From Longimicrobiales bacterium (lineage in GTDB: Bacteria > Gemmatimonadota > Gemmatimonadetes > Longimicrobiales > Gaopeijiaceae), in NCBI GenBank assembly GCA_965219445.1, contig CBDCNQ010000005.1:128001-192000 (forward strand): DNA of 64,000 bases, in the 5' to 3' direction. How positions within the stretch are numbered: the first letter of the stretch is position 1; each line of letters starts with the position of its first letter. Positions 40,511 through 50,396 of the stretch are shown here, piece by piece. Under the pieces are notes generated by a model. It ran no database searches. It was not told the DNA's origin and saw only the letters and a list, made by a program, of their open reading frames with translations. Both the position numbers and the translations under genes were made by a program.

Positions 40511-41647
40511 ATGAATAGGACAATCACCTCGGTCGGCATCTGTGTGATGCTGGCAATGGGCGCCTCGGTGGTACAAGCGCAGGTGGGCGCGGATTTCGAT
40601 CCCGCCGACTGGCAGTACGGGCCGCGAGGCGTCGCCCAAGGAGAGGTCCCGATCTGGAACCCCGTGATGCAGAAGATCAAGAACGGTGAGCCGGTCATCG
40701 GAGGCACGATCCGCGCTACGGATCCCCGGACCTACTGTGCCACGGCAGCGGCCGGTTACGACTTCACGTGGATCGAGATGCAGCATGAGGCGATGACCTG
40801 GGAACAGGTGTCTCGCATGTGGCTCGCTTGCCCGCGGCCGGGGGTGCCCGGCGTCCGCATCCCCCATGAGAGCGAAGAAAACATCCAGAAGCCGGCGGAC
40901 AGTGGGGCCCTCGTCATCGTGGTGCCGACCGTCGACTCGGTGGAGGAGGCGGAGCGCGCGGTCGCGTGGACCTACTTCCCACCGATGGGACGGCGTAGCG
41001 CCGGCGGAGGCCAGGGCTTCAGCAGCACCATGTGGGGCGAAGTTCCTGGAGGCTACCGCGAAACCTGGAACGAGAACGTCGTTCTGATCCTCATGATCGA
41101 GACGTTGGAAGGCGTCCAGAACGCCCGGGAGATCGCAAAGATCCCCGGAGTGGACGGCCTCTTCGCCGCATCCGGTGACCTGGGTAATTTCTCCGGCTAC
41201 CGTCAGGGTGATGCCCAATACGAAATGCTGATCAGTGAGGTCGTGGAAGCGGCTCAAGAAGCGGGTAAGATCGCATGCGGCCCGCTCCGCTGGATGGGGG
41301 ACCGCCCCGACTTCATGTGCTTCCAGGGAGGCACCGAGGGGGCCAACATCCGCCGCGGTGCCCAGGCGGAGATTCAGGCGGCGAACCAGCGGATGGCGGA
41401 AGCGCCCGACCGTCCGAGGATCGCGGGCGTCTTAGCCAACCTCACCGCCGACTGCGGCGAGATCGTCTACGAGGACGACTGTCTCAGTGCGGTCCGAGAA
41501 GCGGCAGGCGTGGCAGAGGACCTGTCGGCACCGGAGCGGCAAGGGGTCCGAACGAGGCTCATGGAGATCATGGCCGCCAACCCGAGCCAGGCGGCGCGCA
41601 TCCGTGAGGTTTCGGCTGGAGCGGGGCTCGCTCTCGACGGTCGGTAA
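40511..41647 (+). CDS. HpcH/HpaI aldolase-family protein with signal peptide and C-terminal extension
   Basis: GYDFTWIEMQH, VRIP, FPPMGRRS, MIETLEGV.NA.EIA.IPGVDGLF..GDL. Confidence 0.82.
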   Translation: MNRTITSVGICVMLAMGASVVQAQVGADFDPADWQYGPRGVAQGEVPIWNPVMQKIKNGEPVIGGTIRATDPRTYCATAAAGYDFTWIEMQHEAMTWEQVSRMWLACPRPGVPGVRIPHESEENIQKPADSGALVIVVPTVDSVEEAERAVAWTYFPPMGRRSAGGGQGFSSTMWGEVPGGYRETWNENVVLILMIETLEGVQNAREIAKIPGVDGLFAASGDLGNFSGYRQGDAQYEMLISEVVEAAQEAGKIACGPLRWMGDRPDFMCFQGGTEGANIRRGAQAEIQAANQRMAEAPDRPRIAGVLANLTADCGEIVYEDDCLSAVREAAGVAEDLSAPERQGVRTRLMEIMAANPSQAARIREVSAGAGLALDGR

Positions 41648-41701
41648 CAGGCCTGTGGGGTGCCCTGGAATGTTGATCGAAAAAAGGGGGGTCAACCGCC
41701 T

Positions 41702-42451
41702 CTAGGCGGCGTCCTCGATCGCCAGGAAACCCACCGTAACGTTGTCTGGGGCACCCCGCTCATGGGCGATGGCCACGAGCTCGGCTGATTTTTCGTCGAG
41801 TCCGGGTACCGTCAGGCCCTGCAGGGTTGCTTCTATTTCACTGTCGGTCATCAACCCCGCAAGGCCGTCGCTACAGAGTAGGAAGATGTCGCCGTCCAAC
41901 GCATCTCCCTGGAATATGTCCACTTCTACTTTTCCCGCAGTGCCCACCGCCCGATTGATGAGATGGCCGAGAGGGTGATCAGCGATCGACGATGGAGAAA
42001 TCGCTCCTGATTCCAACAAATCCTGGACCACCGTGTGGTCCCGTGTGATCCGCCGGAGCTCTCCATCACGGAACACATATCCGCGACTGTCACCGACTTG
42101 GCCGATAACCCAGGCTCCGGATTCCCCGTCGAGCGAAAGCGCGGTTACGGTCGTACCCATCCCTTCGCGTGCCGGGTCAGCGACGGCGGCTTCCCAGACC
42201 TTCAGGTTCGCTAAGGAGACCGCCTCGGCCATTCGGTCGCCCGGCTCTCCGTCCGATCCTTCGGTAGAGGTCAAGTGCGCTTGGATAACCTCCGCCGCCA
42301 GCGCGGATGCGTGTTCTCCTCCGGGCCGTCCGCCCATCCCGTCCGCAACGATCACAACGCCCTTCGCGGGATCGAGAAGAAGTGTGTCCTCGTTCTGGCT
42401 TCGCCCGAGTCCGGTATCGGAGACGCCGCCGGTTTTCCATTGGAGTGTCAA
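41702..42451 (-). CDS. PP2C-type Ser/Thr protein phosphatase
   Basis: SDTGLGRSQNED, VADGMGG, GMGTT, VGDSR, LLCSDGL, DNVT; GGAG before TTG 42451. Confidence 0.92.
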   Translation of the reverse strand: MTLQWKTGGVSDTGLGRSQNEDTLLLDPAKGVVIVADGMGGRPGGEHASALAAEVIQAHLTSTEGSDGEPGDRMAEAVSLANLKVWEAAVADPAREGMGTTVTALSLDGESGAWVIGQVGDSRGYVFRDGELRRITRDHTVVQDLLESGAISPSSIADHPLGHLINRAVGTAGKVEVDIFQGDALDGDIFLLCSDGLAGLMTDSEIEATLQGLTVPGLDEKSAELVAIAHERGAPDNVTVGFLAIEDAA

Positions 42452-42639
42452 AAGGGCTCCATGCCTGAAGGTCGGGAAGCCGAAGCTAGGGTCGGGAGAT
42501 ACCGTTGCGCAAAGTTCTTGGAAGTTCGGTATCTCGTCCGCCGTATCGAGCCGGGAACAGCTCACATACAGGGGGTTACGATGAGGTACTTGTCCACTAC
42601 GGCGCTTGGCTGGGACGCCGTGTCGGGTCACTGGTGCAA

Positions 42640-42719
42640 GACGTCATATGAAACATCTGGACAAGGTCAGAGTAAACATATATGTTTCATGGCTAATGAT
42701 TTTACACTAGCTAAAATCA
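42640..42719. promoter_or_regulatory. AT-rich control region with inverted repeats upstream of sigma factor
   Basis: AAACATATATGTTT palindrome 42674-42687; TGATTTTA-N7-TAAAATCA 42697-42719; motif shared with 11016-11035. Confidence 0.5.
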
Positions 42720-42773
42720 CGGCAGAAACGTTGTTACGACTTCAAACCTGAACAGGTTAGGAGATGGATTCCG

Positions 42774-43673
42774 ATGGCTACGGGCGCCACGCAAAGGAAG
42801 CGTAAGGGTCGTGGGAACCCCCTCGCCGGTTTCGACGCCAGCATCGAGGAGAAGACGGCTCTCGATCAGTATTTGAGGGATGTCAGCCGGCACGAGCTCA
42901 TTACGCCGGACAAGGAAAAGGAGTTGGGCGCCCTTGCCCAGAAGGGCGACCAGGACGCCATCCAGGAGTTGGCCCGCGCCAATCTTCGATTCGTCATCAG
43001 TGTGGCGAAGAAGTATCAGAACCGGGGCGTTGCCCTCACGGACCTGATTCAGGAAGGGAATGTCGGGCTGGTCACTGCGGCTCGGAAGTTCGATCCAGAA
43101 CAGGGCGTGAAGTTCATCAGCTACGCCGTATGGTGGATCCGGCAGGCCATTCTCGCCTCGCTTGCGAACCACGGCCGTGCTGTTCGTGTTCCGCTCAACC
43201 GTGCTTCTGATTTGGCGCGCATCTTTCGCGAGAAGGAGCGCCTCAAGCAGGAGTTGAACCGGGAGCCCACGTCCGAAGAATTGAGTGGTGCGACGGATCT
43301 GACGCCGGAGTTGATCGAATCGCTGCAGACTCTCAACGCGGCCGAGATTCGGTTGGATGCGCCTATCGGCGATAGCGAGGACTCTCAGCTCGTGGAGCGC
43401 TTCATTTCCGAAGAGGCTGCAGAGCCGGAGCAGGACGTCGAGAGCAGGCTTTTGACTGAGACGGTGGAGTCGGCGTTGACACTGCTCGAAGCTCGGGACG
43501 CCAAGGTGTTGCGCCTGTATTTCGGGCTCGAGGGAGAGCGCGAACACACGTTGGAGGAGATCGGCAATATGCTCGGCGTTACACGTGAACGTATTCGCCA
43601 GCTCCGCGATCGTGCGCTTCGGCGGCTCCGTGAGGGTGGTAAGGGAGAAGCGCTGGGGTCTTTCGCCGCGTGA
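42774..43673 (+). CDS. RNA polymerase sigma-70 factor, RpoD-like, no region 1.1
   Basis: LDQYLRDV, ANLRFVISVAKKYQNRG, DLIQEGNVGL, FISYAVWWIRQ, TLEEIG..VTRERIRQ. Confidence 0.95.
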   Translation: MATGATQRKRKGRGNPLAGFDASIEEKTALDQYLRDVSRHELITPDKEKELGALAQKGDQDAIQELARANLRFVISVAKKYQNRGVALTDLIQEGNVGLVTAARKFDPEQGVKFISYAVWWIRQAILASLANHGRAVRVPLNRASDLARIFREKERLKQELNREPTSEELSGATDLTPELIESLQTLNAAEIRLDAPIGDSEDSQLVERFISEEAAEPEQDVESRLLTETVESALTLLEARDAKVLRLYFGLEGEREHTLEEIGNMLGVTRERIRQLRDRALRRLREGGKGEALGSFAA

Positions 43674-43688
43674 CGTTCAGCGAGGGAT

Positions 43689-43742
43689 GCCCCGCTCCCC
43701 GTGAGGCCGAAGGTCTTCGCGGGGGGCGGGGCTTTTTTTTTG
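43689..43742 (+). terminator. Rho-independent terminator
   Basis: GCCCCGCTCCCCG...CGGGGGGCGGGGC long stem then T-run. Confidence 0.85.
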
Positions 43743-43767
43743 TCGAATGGCTGGGCTGTAGAGCATC

Positions 43768-44667
43768 GTGAACGGGATGGTTCGCCGTGTCGCGGGCGGT
43801 GTCTACACGGTGGCCCTCGAGTCGGGTGAGATCCTCGGGGCTTCTCTGAGGGGTCGGCTCAAGCTCGAGAAACGAGAGGGGGATCAGGTGGTGATCGGTG
43901 ACCGAGTTCGTGTCGAGTTGATCGACGAGGGGACTCACGTCATCGAGGAAGTGCTTCCAAGGGAGACTACCATTACGCGTAGCCGCTTCGGCGGCCGGAC
44001 GATCAAGGTTCTCGTTGCCAACGCCGATCGCCTGCTCGTCGTGATGGCGGCTGCCCAGCCGAAGCCCCACCGCGATCTGATCGACCGTCTTCTTGTTGTA
44101 GGCGAGTCGGGTGGCGTCCCCCCGGTGATCGTGTTGAACAAGATGGACGTCGACGGTGCCGCCGAACTGGCCAAAGAACTCGAAGACGTATACCTGCCGC
44201 TCGGATATGACCTGCTGCGGGTCAGTGCAGTTTCAGGCGAAGGCATGGATCGGCTTTCCGAACAGCTCTGTGAGGGGATCGCCGCGCTCGCCGGCCCGTC
44301 TGGCGTCGGAAAGTCGAGTCTCGTGAACGCACTCGAGCCGGAGCACGCGCTCAGGACCGGCGAGCTCAGCAGGAAGCGCGGCACGGGCCGGCACACGACC
44401 GTGAGCTCCAGTCTCATCCAACTCCGTTGCGGAGGATTGGTAGCCGATACACCGGGGTTCAGTGACGTGGGAGTTTGGGGAGTATCGAGGGAGGAGCTGG
44501 ACCGCTGTTTCCCGGAGCTCCGAGCCTTGATGCCCTCCTGCCGTTTCAGGGAGTGCAGCCATCTCCACGAGCCCGACTGCGCCGTACTGCAAGGGTTGGA
44601 TGAGGGCGCCATCGATCCGGGTCGGTTCCAGAGCTACCGAACCCTGTATGAGGAGTCAGCGGCTTGA
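43768..44667 (+). CDS. rsgA: Ribosome small subunit-dependent GTPase A
   Basis: Circularly permuted NKMD, GPSGVGKS, GRHTT, DTPG; zinc finger CRFRECSHLHEPDC. Confidence 0.96.
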   Translation: MNGMVRRVAGGVYTVALESGEILGASLRGRLKLEKREGDQVVIGDRVRVELIDEGTHVIEEVLPRETTITRSRFGGRTIKVLVANADRLLVVMAAAQPKPHRDLIDRLLVVGESGGVPPVIVLNKMDVDGAAELAKELEDVYLPLGYDLLRVSAVSGEGMDRLSEQLCEGIAALAGPSGVGKSSLVNALEPEHALRTGELSRKRGTGRHTTVSSSLIQLRCGGLVADTPGFSDVGVWGVSREELDRCFPELRALMPSCRFRECSHLHEPDCAVLQGLDEGAIDPGRFQSYRTLYEESAA

Positions 44668-45561
44668 TCCTGAGCCGGAGGCGTCATCCCAATGAGTCGG
44701 GTGGGAAGCGGTGGAAAGCGGTGTGACATGAGGTACGCCCGTGGCTGGGTCGTCTCTGACCGATATGGGCCACCCGTATACACGCTGAAGCGTTTCTTCC
44801 TGTAGGACCTCTCGTGGTTCACCCTCGGCGGCGACTCTTCCCCGATCCAAGAGCAGCAATCGGTCCGCGAAGCGAGCGGCGAGATCGAGGTGGTGTGTGA
44901 TGAGGAAAATGGTCATCCCACGGTCGGCCGACGCTCTGAGCAGCTCCAGAATTTCCATCTCGTGCCGGACGTCGAGGCTCGCTGTGGGTTCATCCAGGAC
45001 CAGTATGTTCGGTTCCTGTGCGAGCGCCCGAGCCACTCTCGTTCGCTGGATCTCACCGCCGGACAATGTGGAGAGGAAGCGATGCGCCAGGGGCTCGACG
45101 TCGCACATCCGCATCGCCTCCGATATGGCCTCTCTGTCAGTCGGCGTCTCGGACCGGAGGGCACCCAAATAGGGGTAGCGGCCCATCGCCACGACTTCCC
45201 TCACGGTGATGGGAAAGGTGACGGACTCCGACTGCGTGACGACCCCGGCTTCCCGAGCCAACGCTCGCCGATCCCAATCCGAGATGAGCCGCCCAGAAAT
45301 GTGGGCTCGACCCGAAGCGTGCGACACCATGCCGAGGAGCGCCCTGAGCAACGTCGATTTCCCCGAGCCATTCGGGCCCAAAACGGCGTAGAAGCTGCCG
45401 CGCGGCACAACCATGGTCACCTGGTCGAGTGCGGGCTCGGGTGCACTCGGATAGTGGACCGTCAGTTCGGTTGCCTCGAGGGCTGCGGACCCCGTGAGCT
45501 CGATCGCCTCAGGAGCCGCGGATTCCTTCGATCCGGTGGGTGCTATGGATTCCGTCGACAC
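44656..45561 (-). CDS. Cobalamin/iron-chelate ABC transporter ATP-binding protein
   Basis: GPNGSGKST, LSGGEIQR, LVLDEPT. Confidence 0.92.
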   Translation of the reverse strand: MSTESIAPTGSKESAAPEAIELTGSAALEATELTVHYPSAPEPALDQVTMVVPRGSFYAVLGPNGSGKSTLLRALLGMVSHASGRAHISGRLISDWDRRALAREAGVVTQSESVTFPITVREVVAMGRYPYLGALRSETPTDREAISEAMRMCDVEPLAHRFLSTLSGGEIQRTRVARALAQEPNILVLDEPTASLDVRHEMEILELLRASADRGMTIFLITHHLDLAARFADRLLLLDRGRVAAEGEPREVLQEETLQRVYGWPISVRDDPATGVPHVTPLSTASHPTHWDDASGSGSSR

Positions 45562-46575
45562 TTACGATCCGGTCCCGGTATCGGGCCGGGCCCCCAAACT
45601 GCGCCGAAGGAGAAGAAGGAAGAGTGGGACTCCTACAAACGCGGTGATGACACCGATTGGCACCTCGGCGGGCGACAGGATGGTACGTGCTGCCACGTCC
45701 GCCAGGGTGAGAAACACGGCTCCCGCGAGGAATGAAAGCGGAAGGAGGACGCGGTAGTCTGCACCCACCAAGAGGCGGACGCCGTGGGGCACGATCAGCC
45801 CCACAAAGCCGATGACCCCTGTTGCCGCCACTCCGGCGGCGGTTAGGAGCGACCCCAGGACGTAAGCGGCGCGTTTGACACGCTCCACGTTGGCTCCGAG
45901 ATAGCCTGCGGTCTCCTCGCCGATCGCCAGGAGGTTCAGCGGTCGAGCCAGACCCACGAGCAAGACAGCCGCTGGCAGCGTGTACAGCGTGACCATCGAT
46001 ACTGTGCGCCAGTCGGCGCCCGCGAGGCTGCCCATCATCCAGAGGACGGTGCTGCGCACCGTCCGTGCGTCCGAGACCGAGAGCACGAAGGACATGCAGG
46101 CCGTGAAGAAGGCGCCAACGACCACGCCAGCCAGGAGCAGGACGCGCACGTCCACACCGTCGTCGGGCGTAGCGGCGACCCTCAGCACGAGAACGATCGC
46201 GAGCAGGGCTCCCGTGAAGGCTGCCGCCGGGAGGGCCCAGGAGAGTGAGGCCGTCAGGCCCATCGCAAGGGCGAGAACAGCTCCGGTGGCAGCTCCCCCC
46301 GAGATCCCGAGGATGTAGGGCTCGGCAAGTGGATTGCGAAGCAGGGCCTGGAAAACGGCTCCTGCGAGCGAGAGCCCACCTCCGACCAGGATGGCCATCA
46401 CGGCTCGGGGGGCGCGGAGATCCACTACAATCCGCCGAACATTGAGGTCTCCCTCCCCACGCAGAGCCGCAAATACCTCGCCGGTCGTAAGGCCCACCGA
46501 GCCGAGGCGGATGCTGATCAGGAAGACCACGAACACGGCGAGACCCAATAACGCGGCCCAGGCGAGGGGCCTCAT
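45562..46575 (-). CDS. FecCD/BtuC-family permease
   Basis: R.PR, LRNPLAEPYILG, GEETAGYLG, GVIGFVGLIVPH. Confidence 0.93.
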   Translation of the reverse strand: MRPLAWAALLGLAVFVVFLISIRLGSVGLTTGEVFAALRGEGDLNVRRIVVDLRAPRAVMAILVGGGLSLAGAVFQALLRNPLAEPYILGISGGAATGAVLALAMGLTASLSWALPAAAFTGALLAIVLVLRVAATPDDGVDVRVLLLAGVVVGAFFTACMSFVLSVSDARTVRSTVLWMMGSLAGADWRTVSMVTLYTLPAAVLLVGLARPLNLLAIGEETAGYLGANVERVKRAAYVLGSLLTAAGVAATGVIGFVGLIVPHGVRLLVGADYRVLLPLSFLAGAVFLTLADVAARTILSPAEVPIGVITAFVGVPLFLLLLRRSLGARPDTGTGS

Positions 46576-47468
46576 CGGGGACCTTCGTCGAAGGCTCCAG
46601 GATGAATCAGGCGCGCAATGTCTCGAGCGGCCTGTCCGAGCCCCGGTCCGGGAATCTCTACGGACGCGGGCAGCATGACGCTCGGCACGTGAGCGAGTGG
46701 AGGAGGCTGTGTCAGTCCGCTGGAAAGGAGGATCAGGTCTAGGTCCCGATCGAGGAGGGCCTCCATACTCACCGGAGCGTACAGCGGGCCCAGGTCGTCG
46801 AAAACGTTTTCTCCGCCCGCGACCGCCATGAGCTCATCGATGTACGTACCCGGGCCGGCAACCCAAGGTGGATCGCCACCGAGGATGTATGCTACGCGGG
46901 GCGCGCGAAGCGCGGCCACGCGTCGAGCCACGTCGTCGAGATCCTCTCGGATCTCATCGAGCATCGCCTCGGCGGCGTCTGACGCACCCATGACCCTTCC
47001 GAGGTCGCGAATGATGCTCAGAACATCCTCCACGCCGTCGGGCTGAACGGCGAAGTGGGGAATCCCCAACTCCGTCATTCGTTCAGCCGTGGCCAGGTCG
47101 GAATCACCGGCGAAGCGGATCACAAGGTCGAGATCGAGAGAAACCAGGATCTCCAGGTTCGGCTGGAGGCCGCCCCCTACCGAAGGCAGATCGACTAGCT
47201 CCGGCACCCGGTCGTAATCCGTTCTGCCGACCAGGTGGTCGGCCAGGCCCATCGCCAAGAGTGCCTCTGTGGCCGACGGAACCAGGGAGACCATCCTCCG
47301 GGGGGCCGCCTCGAACGTGTGACGCGTGCCGGCGTCGTCGACCAGCTGGACTGGGTAACTCGCCTTCGCTGCCCCGGGATCGTCAGTGCCGGCGGGGACC
47401 TGATCGCCAGGGAACGCCTCGCAGCCGACCAGCGTCGCTACGAGGAACCAGTTGATCGACCAACGCAT
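46572..47468 (-). CDS. BtuF-like periplasmic binding lipoprotein
   Basis: LVGC lipobox; PRRMVSLVPSATE, VGRTDYD, GTYIDELM..AGGENVF. Confidence 0.88.
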   Translation of the reverse strand: MRWSINWFLVATLVGCEAFPGDQVPAGTDDPGAAKASYPVQLVDDAGTRHTFEAAPRRMVSLVPSATEALLAMGLADHLVGRTDYDRVPELVDLPSVGGGLQPNLEILVSLDLDLVIRFAGDSDLATAERMTELGIPHFAVQPDGVEDVLSIIRDLGRVMGASDAAEAMLDEIREDLDDVARRVAALRAPRVAYILGGDPPWVAGPGTYIDELMAVAGGENVFDDLGPLYAPVSMEALLDRDLDLILLSSGLTQPPPLAHVPSVMLPASVEIPGPGLGQAARDIARLIHPGAFDEGPR

Positions 47469-47534
47469 GCCTCGGTCGCCTAGAAGGCTGTTGAAGGAGT
47501 ACACTGGGCCGCTTCAGCAGCCTTCATCACGGCG

Positions 47535-48548
47535 TCAGCGGGCCAGCTCTGAAGACCTGGCCGGAAGCCCACATGGGTCGCGGTACTCCTCTACCCAAGA
47601 GCCTCCGCGCCGACCCAGCGTGGAGAGCCACATGGAGTCCTCGCCCATGACCTCGAGCACCATTTCGTCGCTTCCGTCGCCGTCGATGTCCAGGTGGTCG
47701 AAGTAGCGTGCGGAACCCTTCCCATCCCGGGAGAACAATCGGTAGTCCGCATACGTACCTCTGTACCCCGTCCCGTCATCGTCATCAGAGGCGAGGAAGA
47801 CGGAGTATGCTCCACGCGCCGGTTGCCCCACGCTGAGCTCGTCGGCGTATACGAACGTTGCGACAACGGTGGGCGCCCCTCCGGGCCGCGCCCGAAACGC
47901 CTGGACGTCCTGCCGGATGCCGAGGACGGATGCAGGCCATAGTGCACCGACGGTGGGAATGACCTGCTGCATGGTGTTGAGTGAGGTCACCCTCAGGTCC
48001 CTCGTCGGGACGACCGGAGAGTAGGTGCCGAACGGGAACGCGCTCCCTTCTTGAGTTGGGAGGGCGAGAAACGTCTGGACGGTCGAAGCGGACGGCGTCA
48101 ACTCGATCGGGCCCCGGATCTGGGGTCGCACTCTGCAATATCGCTCGTCTACCGAGAACCTCTCGGCGGTCAATCTCCCCACGCGGGCGCCGTCGGAAAA
48201 CAGCGTGAATTCCAGCCCAGGTGAAAGATGTTCGACCGTGAACGATCTGCTCGCCTGGGGGGACCCGGAGCCCTCGAGGGGGAACACACCGTTGGGCCGG
48301 ATCTCTGCCACGGCCACGAGGGTCGCTTCGCCTCCGGCTCGGTGACCCAGGTAGAGGACCGGACCGATCGATGGGCCGTCCGAAACGGTGCTCTCGACGA
48401 CCTCTGCCGCCTCAGGTGAGGAGTCGGAAACCAGGCTATCGGACAGCGAACTCAGTCCCAGCTCCACGCCTCCCCATTCTACGTTGTCGCAGCCTGTAGC
48501 GACGATTACAATCCCGAGCAGCGGAATCCTTTGGAGGGCTGAGTTCAT
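47535..48548 (-). CDS. Hypothetical lipoprotein
   Basis: ATGC lipobox; DIDGDGSDE Ca-binding-like loop; co-oriented with ABC operon. Confidence 0.65.
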   Translation of the reverse strand: MNSALQRIPLLGIVIVATGCDNVEWGGVELGLSSLSDSLVSDSSPEAAEVVESTVSDGPSIGPVLYLGHRAGGEATLVAVAEIRPNGVFPLEGSGSPQASRSFTVEHLSPGLEFTLFSDGARVGRLTAERFSVDERYCRVRPQIRGPIELTPSASTVQTFLALPTQEGSAFPFGTYSPVVPTRDLRVTSLNTMQQVIPTVGALWPASVLGIRQDVQAFRARPGGAPTVVATFVYADELSVGQPARGAYSVFLASDDDDGTGYRGTYADYRLFSRDGKGSARYFDHLDIDGDGSDEMVLEVMGEDSMWLSTLGRRGGSWVEEYRDPCGLPARSSELAR

Positions 48549-48638
48549 GGAGAAAAGCTATCTCGGCCTACCGGGGAAATCAAAGGCGCCGATTCATGGT
48601 CGCTCGGTAGGTCATAGCGGGAGGCAGGGGAGTCGGGT

Positions 48639-49289
48639 GTGCCGTTGAGGAAGGGATTGGGGTGGGCACCGGCGTTCGTCGCCGGATTCGCGGCTGGGGC
48701 ATCGGGAACCGTGGCCGTCGCTCTTCTGCTGTACTCGGGAGAGGGACTGCTCAGATCGCTGACGCTGATCGTGGCGATCGAGCTCGGGGCTTTCGGTCTG
48801 GGCCTGGGGATGAGCGGGCGGCCAAGGGAGTGGAGCCATGCGGTGGAGTCGCTTCGGAGACGCTGGCTTTCTGCACTCGTAGCCTTCCTCGCCGCCGCCG
48901 GATATGCACTCGCGTGGGTGCTCTTTACCGGCTTTGGAGCGTCACCGATGACACAGGCGCTTGGACTCGCCCTGCTCGCCGGTTTTCCGCTCTATGCATG
49001 CGGCCGTCTCTTGAGAGCCATAAGCACCGTGCGAATGATGGCGGGGCCGACGGGTGACGGCGCGCTCGGTGCTCTCGGCGCCGCCGCCGGTGTGCTGGTG
49101 ACCGGCCTCGGTGCTCTCTCGGGCATCGGAGTGCCTTCCTTTGTATTCTTCCTACTGGTCATTCTTTCCGGGGCCGCACTTCTTCAAGGTTGGGTCCTGA
49201 AGCCTATCGAGGAGAGTATCGGGACGGTCCAGGCCGCGGACTCCGACCCCTCCGAAGCGCTCCAAGCAGGCGAGCCCGAGACGTTGTGA
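48639..49289 (+). CDS. Hypothetical multi-pass membrane protein
   Basis: About six hydrophobic segments; TGA overlaps next GTG. Confidence 0.7.
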   Translation: MPLRKGLGWAPAFVAGFAAGASGTVAVALLLYSGEGLLRSLTLIVAIELGAFGLGLGMSGRPREWSHAVESLRRRWLSALVAFLAAAGYALAWVLFTGFGASPMTQALGLALLAGFPLYACGRLLRAISTVRMMAGPTGDGALGALGAAAGVLVTGLGALSGIGVPSFVFFLLVILSGAALLQGWVLKPIEESIGTVQAADSDPSEALQAGEPETL

Positions 49290-50365
49290 TCATCGCTCAC
49301 CTCTCAGATCTACACTTAGGGTATCGGGCGTTCGGACATATCGAGCAGGGCAGGAATGTCCGAGAGACCGATGTGGCGCGTGTATTCCACGAGGCCATCC
49401 AGAGGGTCCTTGAAACCGCACCGGCTGTGGTTCTCATCGCCGGTGACGTGTTCGATCGGCCCGAACCACCGCACTCGGCGCTGGTAGCGCTCGCCCAGGG
49501 CCTGCGATCGTTGAGAGATGAACTCCCCGATACTCCCGTCCTAATGGCCGCCGGCGCACGGGACACACCGGCCGGTCCTGCGGATCCGGGGCCGCTCGGT
49601 ACGTTCGACACTCTGGCCGGCGTCGAGGCGGTCACTGCAACGACTCGGTCTGTCCACTACTCACGGTTGAATCTGAATGTCGTCCTCGTTCCCCACCGAT
49701 CGACGATCCGGGGACCCCCGCCCTTGGTCGTTCCGAACCCGGACGCGCGATGGAATGTGCTAGTGGGCTACGGATCGGTGGACCAGGAGGAGGGTGGGCT
49801 TCTCTCATTGGACTCGAATGATTGGGATTACGTGGCGCTGGGGCACGAACATTTCCGACGTGAGGTGGCTCCCGGAGTCCACTACGCCGGCTCCCTCGAG
49901 CGTGTAGGGCCTACGCCCTGGGAGGAGGCGGGCGAAGAGAAGGGTTTTCTGACGTGCGATCTCGAATCGGGGCAGGTTGACTTTCACCCGATCCACGGTC
50001 GTCCGGTCGTATCGCTGGAGCCGATCCCGTTCGAGCCGGGTCGGCCCGATCGGTTGAGGGAGCGAGTCCGGGAGGTACTCCTAGAGGTGCCAGGCGGCAT
50101 TGAAGAGAAGATTGTTCGGATTCGAATTCAGGGGCTACCGCCGGACCGATTGGACCTCCTCGACGGCGTGCTGCCCGAGTATAGGCGGCGTGCCCTACAC
50201 CTCGAGGTGCAGCTCGATGACGAGCCGTTGGGGCACGTCTCCCAGGAGATCCAGCCGTCCAAGCGGTTGGCTTCCAAACTCGTCGAGAGTCTTGCGGGCG
50301 GGGAGGACGATTTCGAGGCCCTCCTCGAGTTGGTGGAGGACTGTCTCCCCGAACGTCAGGGGTAG
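49286..50365 (+). CDS. SbcD/Mre11-like metallophosphoesterase with degenerate active site
   Basis: HLSDLHLG, AGDVFD, DYVALGHEH, YAGSLER present; GNHD replaced by GARD. Confidence 0.85.
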   Translation: MIIAHLSDLHLGYRAFGHIEQGRNVRETDVARVFHEAIQRVLETAPAVVLIAGDVFDRPEPPHSALVALAQGLRSLRDELPDTPVLMAAGARDTPAGPADPGPLGTFDTLAGVEAVTATTRSVHYSRLNLNVVLVPHRSTIRGPPPLVVPNPDARWNVLVGYGSVDQEEGGLLSLDSNDWDYVALGHEHFRREVAPGVHYAGSLERVGPTPWEEAGEEKGFLTCDLESGQVDFHPIHGRPVVSLEPIPFEPGRPDRLRERVREVLLEVPGGIEEKIVRIRIQGLPPDRLDLLDGVLPEYRRRALHLEVQLDDEPLGHVSQEIQPSKRLASKLVESLAGGEDDFEALLELVEDCLPERQG

Positions 50366-50396
50366 TGTGGTGTCCAATAAAGTGTGCGAGTGAAGT

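Noticed and set aside
47469..48638. Cobalamin riboswitch before the Btu-like operon
   Set aside because: Intergenic gaps are under 100 bp and no B12 box is visible
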